This document shows positions 52,961 to 64,000 of a stretch of 64,000 nt of DNA, one piece after another. Source of the stretch: Octopus sinensis (lineage: Eukaryota); assembly GCF_006345805.1 (NCBI RefSeq), contig NC_043005.1:85808001-85872000 (forward strand). The letters are read 5' to 3'. How positions within the stretch are numbered: the first letter of the stretch is position 1; each line of letters starts with the position of its first letter. The notes beneath the pieces are model-generated. The model worked only from the letters and a program-made list of their open reading frames with translations. It was not told the DNA's origin and searched no databases. The translations under genes were made by a program, and so were the position numbers.

Positions 52961-53748
52961 CTAAATTGACAAAACGAAGAAAGGGGCACTCAACACCTTT
53001 GAAGGATTTACATATATTATTATTTAAAGCAGTTTGATTTAAAATCCATCCAACTTAATATCTATTAGGCTCGTTATTGGAACCTATCTAGTCAACCTCA
53101 GGAGGCTGAAAAGAGAGATTTAACAAATCCCAGATTGGTACACGAAACTGGTCTGCTGTTATTGGTGAAGACGGGTCATGGTGTTGTTGCAAGTGGTATT
53201 GAAATATCAGCGACATCAAATCGGTCAAATTTGAGATCCCAGTCTGGATTTGCTGCACCGAATGGTTTGATAGGAAGGAATTGGCGCCTTGCTACATCAA
53301 TGAGCGGGTGCGTGAGTGTGTGTTTGCAAGCGCATGTATGAATGAGCGGAGGTGTTCATCCGATGCGTATGTATCAGTTATGGATATGTTCATGTGTGTT
53401 GGTGTACATCAGCTCGATGGTGCATATGTATGTGTTTGTTAGGACAGTTTACCTAACCACCGCTGCCTGCACAGTCCACTGATAGATTTTCCAGCCTTAT
53501 GCATTTTCTGTATTCGCATCCGATTGTCTTCATATACACGGCTGTGCATAAACACACACAGTCACATACACACACACATACACACACACGCACACACATA
53601 TCTATGTGTATATGCTTTGCTCTCTTTCTTTCTCTCCTCGTGGTACCAACGCCAAATCACACACACAAATATACACGTACATACAGAAACTCATACCTAG
53701 GTAGTACATTCATACATACATACATACATACATACATACATACATACA

Positions 53749-53781
<33 letters not shown>

Positions 53782-53984
53782 GTGTGTGTGTGTGCAGGTG
53801 TGCGTGTGTGTGTGCAGGTGCGTGTGTGTATGTGTATGCGTGTGTGTGTGTGTGTTCGTGTGATAAGAAGCAGGCTTCCCAATCACATGGTTCCGGTTTC
53901 AGTCCAAGTAAAATACACCCCAGATGTAAACACGCAAACAGGTACAAATGCACAAACGCGCACAGACATATACACTCACTCACA

Positions 53985-53997
53985 CACCTATCTATCA

Positions 53998-54051
<54 letters not shown>

Positions 54052-54052
54052 A

Positions 54053-54092
<40 letters not shown>

Positions 54093-55164
54093 GATATATC
54101 TATTTATCTATCTGTTTATCTACCTATCCATCTAGCTACCTACCTACCTACCTACCTACCTACCTACCTACCTGCCTACCTGAGTAGGGTGGTCACTCTC
54201 GCCCGACAATGGGCCGAGAGGAAACTGTCCCTAAAAGGCCGGGCGGAGGTGGCGAACTCGTACATCGCGTCCGTCATCTACTATCGCCTGACCGTCGTGC
54301 CTTGTCCCGACCATACCATCACCAAACTAGAACGCATTCTCCTTCGCTACTTGTGGAAAGGATGCATCCCGATGGTCAGGCGATCCATTTGCTGTCAACA
54401 CCCGTTAAAAGGAGGACTGGGCATGCCGTGGTTGATGATGCGCAGAAACGCGCTGAGACTGCGACATCTCAGGCTCTACGTAGACGAGGGTGAACAGGTG
54501 TGGTCGCCGTTTGTGAGGCACGCTTTCCCGCAGCTCGTCTCCATGACCGAACTGTAGTCGTGGATCAAAAAGAGGCCGGGGAAGAGCGAATGGCACCGCG
54601 ACTGTCGCGTTGCTCTCAAGCAACTCTGCCGTCTCGGGTCAACCTTGAGTGACTCCAACACAACCCAAGAATTCTATAGGGGATTAGTGGAGGGGACGTA
54701 TGACGACGAGCTCGGGGCGAACCTAGACGTGGACGAGGAATAGCTGACCCGCCTGTTCGGGACGACTTTCGGGCCAGGGCCCATAAACAACTTCCGGAAA
54801 TCCCTGGCCTGGCACTGCAACCGAGAAGCGCTACCCCCTTTACACCGTACATCATGACACTGTGATATACGATCCCTATTGATCGTTTTTTTTCTTTTTC
54901 CCTTTTTCCTTTCTTTTTTATTCTTTTTTTTCCTTTTTTCTTTTCTTTTGTTTCTTTTCCTTTTTTTCCTTTTGTTTCTTTTCCTTTTTTTCCTTTTGTT
55001 TCATCTTTCCCTTTTACGATCCCTCTTGATCGAAAACCTACCCACTTTTTTTTCTTTCCTTTTTTTTTCTCCCAAAAAAGAAAAGCTCTACTTTGTAATC
55101 TGTCCCGTCTGTGTGCAGCCCTGTGTGGCTAATAAAGAAACATATTTATCTATCTGTTTATCAC

Positions 55165-55261
<97 letters not shown>

Positions 55262-55412
55262 TTATTTATCTATCTATCCATCTACCTACCTACCTACCTA
55301 CCTACCTACCTACCTATCTATCTATTTATCTGTCTGTCTATCTATCTATCTAACTATCTATATACCTACCTACCTACCTACCTACCTACCTGCCTACCTA
55401 TCTATCTGTCTT

Positions 55413-55459
<47 letters not shown>

Positions 55460-55461
55460 GT

Positions 55462-55511
<50 letters not shown>

Positions 55512-55545
55512 GTTTATCTATCTATCTATCTATCTATTTATCTAA
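53985..55545. repeat. (ATCT)n/(ACCT)n microsatellite split by a Tx1-like insertion
   Basis: Runs at ~53985-54180 and ~55146-55545. Confidence 0.9.
54181..55145 (+). mobile_element. L1/Tx1-clade LINE, 5'-truncated and internally deleted
   Basis: QWAERKLSLKGRAEVANSYIASVIYY...LLRYLWKG...VRRSICCQHPLKGGLGMP is the L1/Tx1 post-RT region. GC-rich. The 3' UTR ends in AATAAA plus an (ATCT)n tail. Confidence 0.85.
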
Positions 55546-55684
55546 GAAAACCAGCGAAACCAGCAAAAATGTAAACAAAAAAGAATTAATTGTGTCCTGG
55601 TATTTTTTTATGTTTGAGAGATAACAGTTGCGGCTGCGCTATATTTATCCGTCCTAGTATGAAGAGATGACTTCCTCTTTCAGA

Positions 55685-55720
<36 letters not shown>

Positions 55721-56486
55721 GCTCACAACACACCAGGGCGATTGTTCAAAGTCATTTTGTCAGCTAAGGCACTGTCGGATGAGCTACAAAGCTTGTGATA
55801 TTGGTTTAAATGTTTATCTGTCGCAAATCATTTCGGACCTGACCTGAGTAATACCAGAACGGCTGTAAAATTTAATCCACGTCTTTAGGCTGTTTAACAA
55901 TATTGGCCTCGTAGTTAAAGTAGAGGGATTGACATCATGAAATTAGGCTGGGATCATTGGCAGAAACGTGTATGATAGAGATAATGCATAGAAGATGTGT
56001 CGTCAAATGCAGACGAAAATATAAGCAGTAGTATGGTGATCTCATAAGCTACAAGAGAATGCTAAGAAATGCCATAAGTAAGGTAATTATTTTAAAATAG
56101 CAACAGAAAATGGGGAGCCAGCCATCACTGTATGTTACAGACACACACATATACAAACGTACACACACATACGCATAAATTGTCGGCGCAATCAAGGATT
56201 GGAAGTGAACTTTCCTTGTCGAATTCAAGTTCAATATACTTTAAATCATACATACATGTCTACTTATACACCCATATAAGGCATTGAGCCACATATGCCG
56301 AGATACACACATAAAGAACACACACATATGTGCATATATACATAATACACACAAACACACATACATATATCTACGCATTTGAGCATGGCTGTCGAGTGTG
56401 TGTCTGTATGTGTATGTGGTATATACGCATACACACACAAGGCGATTGTATATCCATGTATGAATGGATGCGTCTCTCTTTCTACG

Positions 56487-56521
<35 letters not shown>

Positions 56522-56748
56522 GTCTATCCCTCGTTCTATCTATTCATATTTGCGAGTATGTATGTGTATGTCTGTCTATGTATATATATATATGTAAAGA
56601 AATATATCTATATATATACATGTGTATATATAAATGTATGTATGTAAATGTGTATATATATGTATGCATACGTACATACTTACACGTGTAAATACGTATA
56701 CATGTATGAAGGTATACGTGTGTATATATGCATGTATATATTATATAA

Positions 56749-56808
<60 letters not shown>

Positions 56809-56839
56809 TTATGCACACACATATATATATATCTATATA

Positions 56840-56881
<42 letters not shown>

Positions 56882-56892
<11 letters not shown>

Positions 56893-56939
56893 GGCATTAT
56901 ACATACATGCCAGGAGGCATTCTACATACACGCCATACG
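56882..56939 (-). repeat. 58-bp inverted copy of satellite-unit positions 57145-57202
   Basis: Exact reverse complement by eye; abuts (TA)n on the left and the array on the right. Confidence 0.95.
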
Positions 56940-59900
56940 TTGATGTTGATCAGTTAGCTGATCGGCTTAAGCGAAGCGGGGTCGTTGTTTATTTATTTAT
57001 GGTATATTCAGGCCTGCTGATGATTACGTAAGTATGAAATCACTGTGATACAGGTCTATATATTTTTAAATGTCTTTCTTTGAAAAATTGCATTCGGTGG
57101 GATTAGTAATATTTTTGGTAGAAATGACTGATTGTCCCTCTTAGCGTATGGCGTGTATGTAGAATGCCTCCTGGCATGTATGTATAATGCCCTCTATATA
57201 TAAATTAATATGTTCAATAAGAAATAATTATTTTCGAAATTTTTTCTCTTATGAGGTTTTTACGCTATCTACCTGACAATTTCTTGTTAAGTTTTCCTTA
57301 TTAAGTAGTTGTCCTTAATTGCTAAATTTTTATTCCGAAAAAACTTTTCCTCTCCCGAAATGCAATTCGTAAAAGTTTGCCATTCATCCGGATATAGTAT
57401 ATATAAATTCAACCATGTGCTTCGTTGATGTTGATCAGTTAGCTGATCGGCTTAAGCGAAGCGGGGTCGTTGTTTATTTATTTATGGTATATTCAGGCCT
57501 GCTGATGATTACGTAAGTATGAAATCACTGTGATACAGGTCTATATATTTTTAAATGTCTTTCTTTGAAAAATTGCATTCGGTGGGATTAGTAATATTTT
57601 TGGTAGAAATGACTGATTGTCCCTCTTAGCGTATGGCGTGTATGTAGAATGCCTCCTGGCATGTATGTATAATGCCCTCTATATATAAATTAATATGTTC
57701 AATAAGAAATAATTATTTTCGAAATTTTTTCTCTTATGAGGTTTTTACGCTATCTACCTGACAATTTCTTGTTAAGTTTTCCTTATTAAGTAGTTGTCCT
57801 TAATTGCTAAATTTTTATTCCGAAAAAACTTTTCCTCTCCCGAAATGCAATTCGTAAAAGTTTGCCATTCATCCGGATATAGTATATATAAATTCAACCA
57901 TGTGCTTCGTTGATGTTGATCAGTTAGCTGATCGGCTTAAGCGAAGCGGGGTCGTTGTTTATTTATTTATGGTATATTCAGGCCTGCTGATGATTACGTA
58001 AGTATGAAATCACTGTGATACAGGTCTATATATTTTTAAATGTCTTTCTTTGAAAAATTGCATTCGGTGGGATTAGTAATATTTTTGGTAGAAATGACTG
58101 ATTGTCCCTCTTAGCGTATGGCGTGTATGTAGAATGCCTCCTGGCATGTATGTATAATGCCCTCTATATATAAATTAATATGTTCAATAAGAAATAATTA
58201 TTTTCGAAATTTTTTCTCTTATGAGGTTTTTACGCTATCTACCTGACAATTTCTTGTTAAGTTTTCCTTATTAAGTAGTTGTCCTTAATTGCTAAATTTT
58301 TATTCCGAAAAAACTTTTCCTCTCCCGAAATGCAATTCGTAAAAGTTTGCCATTCATCCGGATATAGTATATATAAATTCAACCATGTGCTTCGTTGATG
58401 TTGATCAGTTAGCTGATCGGCTTAAGCGAAGCGGGGTCGTTGTTTATTTATTTATGGTATATTCAGGCCTGCTGATGATTACGTAAGTATGAAATCACTG
58501 TGATACAGGTCTATATATTTTTAAATGTCTTTCTTTGAAAAATTGCATTCGGTGGGATTAGTAATATTTTTGGTAGAAATGACTGATTGTCCCTCTTAGC
58601 GTATGGCGTGTATGTAGAATGCCTCCTGGCATGTATGTATAATGCCCTCTATATATAAATTAATATGTTCAATAAGAAATAATTATTTTCGAAATTTTTT
58701 CTCTTATGAGGTTTTTACGCTATCTACCTGACAATTTCTTGTTAAGTTTTCCTTATTAAGTAGTTGTCCTTAATTGCTAAATTTTTATTCCGAAAAAACT
58801 TTTCCTCTCCCGAAATGCAATTCGTAAAAGTTTGCCATTCATCCGGATATAGTATATATAAATTCAACCATGTGCTTCGTTGATGTTGATCAGTTAGCTG
58901 ATCGGCTTAAGCGAAGCGGGGTCGTTGTTTATTTATTTATGGTATATTCAGGCCTGCTGATGATTACGTAAGTATGAAATCACTGTGATACAGGTCTATA
59001 TATTTTTAAATGTCTTTCTTTGAAAAATTGCATTCGGTGGGATTAGTAATATTTTTGGTAGAAATGACTGATTGTCCCTCTTAGCGTATGGCGTGTATGT
59101 AGAATGCCTCCTGGCATGTATGTATAATGCCCTCTATATATAAATTAATATGTTCAATAAGAAATAATTATTTTCGAAATTTTTTCTCTTATGAGGTTTT
59201 TACGCTATCTACCTGACAATTTCTTGTTAAGTTTTCCTTATTAAGTAGTTGTCCTTAATTGCTAAATTTTTATTCCGAAAAAACTTTTCCTCTCCCGAAA
59301 TGCAATTCGTAAAAGTTTGCCATTCATCCGGATATAGTATATATAAATTCAACCATGTGCTTCGTTGATGTTGATCAGTTAGCTGATCGGCTTAAGCGAA
59401 GCGGGGTCGTTGTTTATTTATTTATGGTATATTCAGGCCTGCTGATGATTACGTAAGTATGAAATCACTGTGATACAGGTCTATATATTTTTAAATGTCT
59501 TTCTTTGAAAAATTGCATTCGGTGGGATTAGTAATATTTTTGGTAGAAATGACTGATTGTCCCTCTTAGCGTATGGCGTGTATGTAGAATGCCTCCTGGC
59601 ATGTATGTATAATGCCCTCTATATATAAATTAATATGTTCAATAAGAAATAATTATTTTCGAAATTTTTTCTCTTATGAGGTTTTTACGCTATCTACCTG
59701 ACAATTTCTTGTTAAGTTTTCCTTATTAAGTAGTTGTCCTTAATTGCTAAATTTTTATTCCGAAAAAACTTTTCCTCTCCCGAAATGCAATTCGTAAAAG
59801 TTTGCCATTCATCCGGATATAGTATATATAAATTCAACCATGTGCTTCGTTGATGTTGATCAGTTAGCTGATCGGCTTAAGCGAAGCGGGGTCGTTGTTT

Positions 59901-61201
59901 ATTTATTTATGGTATATTCAGGCCTGCTGATGATTACGTAAGTATGAAATCACTGTGATACAGGTCTATATATTTTTAAATGTCTTTCTTTGAAAAATTG
60001 CATTCGGTGGGATTAGTAATATTTTTGGTAGAAATGACTGATTGTCCCTCTTAGCGTATGGCGTGTATGTAGAATGCCTCCTGGCATGTATGTATAATGC
60101 CCTCTATATATAAATTAATATGTTCAATAAGAAATAATTATTTTCGAAATTTTTTCTCTTATGAGGTTTTTACGCTATCTACCTGACAATTTCTTGTTAA
60201 GTTTTCCTTATTAAGTAGTTGTCCTTAATTGCTAAATTTTTATTCCGAAAAAACTTTTCCTCTCCCGAAATGCAATTCGTAAAAGTTTGCCATTCATCCG
60301 GATATAGTATATATAAATTCAACCATGTGCTTCGTTGATGTTGATCAGTTAGCTGATCGGCTTAAGCGAAGCGGGGTCGTTGTTTATTTATTTATGGTAT
60401 ATTCAGGCCTGCTGATGATTACGTAAGTATGAAATCACTGTGATACAGGTCTATATATTTTTAAATGTCTTTCTTTGAAAAATTGCATTCGGTGGGATTA
60501 GTAATATTTTTGGTAGAAATGACTGATTGTCCCTCTTAGCGTATGGCGTGTATGTAGAATGCCTCCTGGCATGTATGTATAATGCCCTCTATATATAAAT
60601 TAATATGTTCAATAAGAAATAATTATTTTCGAAATTTTTTCTCTTATGAGGTTTTTACGCTATCTACCTGACAATTTCTTGTTAAGTTTTCCTTATTAAG
60701 TAGTTGTCCTTAATTGCTAAATTTTTATTCCGAAAAAACTTTTCCTCTCCCGAAATGCAATTCGTAAAAGTTTGCCATTCATCCGGATATAGTATATATA
60801 AATTCAACCATGTGCTTCGTTGATGTTGATCAGTTAGCTGATCGGCTTAAGCGAAGCGGGGTCGTTGTTTATTTATTTATGGTATATTCAGGCCTGCTGA
60901 TGATTACGTAAGTATGAAATCACTGTGATACAGGTCTATATATTTTTAAATGTCTTTCTTTGAAAAATTGCATTCGGTGGGATTAGTAATATTTTTGGTA
61001 GAAATGACTGATTGTCCCTCTTAGCGTATGGCGTGTATGTAGAATGCCTCCTGGCATGTATGTATAATGCCCTCTATATATAAATTAATATGTTCAATAA
61101 GAAATAATTATTTTCGAAATTTTTTCTCTTATGAGGTTTTTACGCTATCTACCTGACAATTTCTTGTTAAGTTTTCCTTATTAAGTAGTTGTCCTTAATT
61201 G

Positions 61202-61204
<3 letters not shown>
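56938..61204 (+). repeat. 485-bp tandem array (~8.8 units), each unit with a hammerhead ribozyme (retrozyme-like satellite)
   Basis: TGATGTTGATCAG recurs at 56941, 57426, 57911, 58396, 58881, 59366, 59851, 60336 and 60821. No unit-to-unit differences seen. Ends at ...TTAATTGCTA into (TA)n. Confidence 0.97.
57010..57057 (+). ncRNA. Type I hammerhead ribozyme, copy 1 of 9 (others start at 57495, 57980, 58465, 58950, 59435, 59920, 60405, 60890)
   Basis: AGGCCTG-CTGATGA-TTAC(GTAA)GTAT-GAAA-TCAC(T)GTGA-TA/CAGGTCT: 7-bp stem I, intact CUGAUGA and GAAA core, GNRA-capped stem II, palindromic stem III, AUA cleavage triplet (cut after 57050). Confidence 0.85.
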
Positions 61205-61258
<54 letters not shown>

Positions 61259-62191
61259 CATGTTGCCTGTCAATAAACCGATAACCTGAAAGCAGTAGGT
61301 ATATTTTTAGAAATTGAAATCGAACAAAGAATGCAGAAGAAATAAAGCAGGAAGGAGCAAAAGATAAATAAATAAATAAATAAATAAAAGTAGGTTGGGG
61401 AAGGTGAAGGAATAAGAGTAAAAGAAATGGTATATAATTGAAAGTCATCAAGGCATCTAAACGAAAATGGTAAACGAGGGGACTGGTAGTGTGTTGGCGG
61501 CGGAGGGAGGAGCGGAAGCTTGTTCCTGTTTTGGCACAGATCTATATCACCATAGCAATTGTCCTGTCATTTGTGAATGGATCAATGCCATAGATATTGG
61601 CAATGCCAATGTAGGCAGCGAATGAAAAAAATCTATAGGATTTTTGCATGACGCTTTGAGACAATGTTCTTTTGAGGTTGACAACGAGTGATGAGGAATT
61701 TGAAGTACATGTATTGACAACAACAACAGCAGCAGAGACGCCAGTGGCAGTGCCATTATTAATAGTAGTGGTAGTGGTAGTAGTAATGGTAGAGGCTGTA
61801 GAAGCAGCCGCAGTACTGTTAGTCCTAATATTTCTTGTTGCTGTTTTTTTTTCTTGTTGATGTTTTTCTGCGTCGTTGTTATTCTTGTTTCGCCCCCGAG
61901 TCAGTCCTAATCCTTCAATTCTCCAAATTAAAGACGGCCAACCATGACAAGACCATTATTTTTATTTTTTACCTATATCCTAAATGAAGAATCACACCAT
62001 CCAAAGAAACTTTTACCAGTCTTTTTCCCTATTTAGAGAAGTGTGACCACAAATTTTACCTAATCGATACAACACGTATAATTTCCCTAGTTGCTGCAAC
62101 AAAACACATTATCATTACTGTTGTTGTTGTTGTTGTTATTATTATCATTATTATTATTATTATTATCATCATTATTATTATTATTATCATC

Positions 62192-62245
<54 letters not shown>

Positions 62246-62281
62246 ATTATTATTATTATTATTATCATTATTATTATTATT

Positions 62282-63401
62282 CTATGTTTGACTTTTGCTT
62301 TATGTTTGTACAAGTTGGCTCCAAGTCTCACCCAGAGACCTCAAGAGACAACAGGTTGGAAGTTCACGTTGTTGTTATGCCTAGTGTGCCATATATTTGT
62401 TTTTTTTTTTTGGTGTTGTACTAGTGAAAGTCAAATAAATTTTTAAAAAAATTATTGTTATTATTATTATCTTTTTTTTCTTCTTCTTTCAAATTTGCTT
62501 CCATTTCTTGCCGAGTGTCTTCCCGACTCCTAGGGCAAAGAAACTCATAGTATACATTGCTAGGCCATTAAACTAAACTCAATAGTTCGTTTATTTTTTT
62601 TTTCAAGTTAAATTAAAATACATGGTTAGTAATAGTTCTCACGACGACAAAGATCTTCTCAATACGTGTGATGTACCAGTTAAGACAATCTTTTGCACTT
62701 CTTGCAGGGATGGTAAGCCAGGGATCATTCTCATATAATTTTCGGTTCCCTTCTTGATCATTCCTAGTGCTCCTACGATCACTGGTATTGTAACCGCCTT
62801 GAGATGCCACATTTTCTCAATTTCAATGAGCAGGTCTTTATATTTTCTGAGCTTGTCAAACTCTTTCGCCGAGATATTATGATCACAGGGGATACTTAGG
62901 TCGATCAATAAGCAAACTTTATTGTTTTGGTCTTTCACAACAATATCTGCTTTATTGGCTTTGATGGTTTGGTATGTATGTACTGGAAAGTCCCACAGAA
63001 TGGTTACATTTTCTCCTTCAGTAACAGCTTCAGGGTGGTGATTATACCACTTGTCGGCAGTTTTGATATTGTAATGCCGTCTTATTAGCCAGTGTAGATA
63101 TTGGCCAACTCTGTCATGTCTTAATTTATACTCCACTGGTGCTAAGACTTTACATCCAGAGATTAGGTGGTCCACTGTTTCAATCATGTCGTTGCAGAAT
63201 CGGCATTTTGGGTCTGCTCCATTTTTCATCACATTGGCCTGGTAGTTCCGGGTTAATAGGCTTTGATCTTGAGCAGCCAGGATGAAACCTTCGCTCTCTG
63301 CTTTTAGCCCTGAGCTCCGTAGCCACTGATGGGTTTGCTTCTGGTCAACATCAGCTTGTTTGCTGTGGGCCACATATTTGCCGTGCAGAGGTTTCTCATC
63401 C

Positions 63402-63404
<3 letters not shown>
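62282..63404 (-). mobile_element. R4/Dong-clade non-LTR element, 5'-truncated, flanked by (TAA)n on both sides
   Basis: ORF 62639-63373 (QWLRSSGLKAESEGFILAAQDQ, CRFC...ETVDHLISGC, RHDRV, KADIVV, IDLSIP, KYKDL, IVGALG); closely related to the element at 332-3354. Confidence 0.92.
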
Positions 63405-63443
<39 letters not shown>

Positions 63444-63489
63444 GATTATCATTATTATCATTATTATCATTATTATCATCATTATTATT

Positions 63490-64000
63490 TTTTCTCGTGG
63501 GGTTTGCTATAACTCCAGAAGTCTTGCATGTGTATTGGGCTTGCTGAAATGCTGCCTACGGAACCATGCCATCCGTTCTTTTCAGTTATCTACTACTTTC
63601 CTGCTTATTCTGGCCACGCCAAGGAGGCAAACCTTTTGTAACAGTTCTACTGGACACTCTATTCCGATTTCCTTTAGATTCTTCTTGATGCCTTCTGATT
63701 CTCTCCCCAACGATTCAACAATAATTGCCACTATCTTCACTGTCTTCATTTTCCATGGTCAGGCTATTTCGTATTTAGGAGAATTGTATATATCTATGTT
63801 TTCACTTTCGTTCTTGACTATACGTGGGCCAAAGGGGTATGCAACGTGGTGCATCTTGTCGACTACCACTAAGTCCGGTCTGTTATGCTCCGGCACATGA
63901 TCTATTTGGAGTAGAAAATCCCAGAGGACTTTGGAAGTCTACGACTCCACCATTCTTTGCGGTTTGTGTTCATACCACGTCTTGCCACACTCTAACCCCC
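63490..64000 (-). mobile_element. Second RLE (R4/Dong-like) 3' end, running off the window
   Basis: Minus strand: KTWYEHKPQ...KVLWDF..QIDH...HNRPDLVVVD...ELLQKVCLLGVARI; (AAT)n tail at ~63405-63489. Confidence 0.8.

Noticed and set aside
53090-53310. GC-elevated unique stretch with open frames on both strands
   Set aside because: No frame gave an identifiable protein or a convincing pair of splice sites.
53499-54557. 352-aa ORF as a host gene
   Set aside because: A microsatellite-derived N-terminus is fortuitously in frame with a Tx1/L1 fragment.
57250-57420. Weak PLE N-terminus-like translation in the 485-bp unit (MRFLRYL...VLNC*IFIPKKLFL)
   Set aside because: Multiple stops and only a vague resemblance; not supportable without a profile search.
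56938-61204. Regularly spaced identical repeats as a CRISPR array or rDNA/5S/snRNA cluster
   Set aside because: No unique spacers (whole units are identical), eukaryotic context, and no rRNA, snRNA or tRNA motifs recognised in the unit.

Overview
AT-rich eukaryotic DNA saturated with microsatellites and transposon debris. The repeat landscape (long (TA)n/(TAA)n/(CAT)n tracts, several tRNA-derived SINE families, R4/Dong, RTE, CR1, Tx1 and Penelope-like LINE remnants) strongly suggests a coleoid cephalopod, probably Octopus; this is an inference. I found no host protein-coding exon, rRNA, tRNA gene or CRISPR array that I can support. Almost all ORF-track entries are translated microsatellites, and the rest are retroelement fragments. 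The standout feature is a 485-bp tandem array (56938-61204, about 8.8 apparently identical units). Every unit contains a complete type I hammerhead ribozyme fold (nine copies). The array sits between (TA)n tracts and is preceded by a 58-bp inverted copy of part of its own unit. This is the architecture expected of a non-LTR retrozyme or 'ribozyme satellite' copied from a circular RNA by a Penelope-like RT. Further hammerhead motifs occur in a Penelope-like mini-element (36053-36830, three copies), in a 73-bp-arm palindrome (24745-24902) and, degenerately, at 15416-15484. Other notable observations: R4/Dong elements nested in (TAA)n, a Tx1-like LINE inside (ATCT)n whose 3' end is shared with a SINE subfamily, a CR1-like LINE with two CCCH zinc fingers upstream of its endonuclease, and a hAT MITE that duplicated a SINE B-box as its target site. 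All alignments and folds were done by eye.
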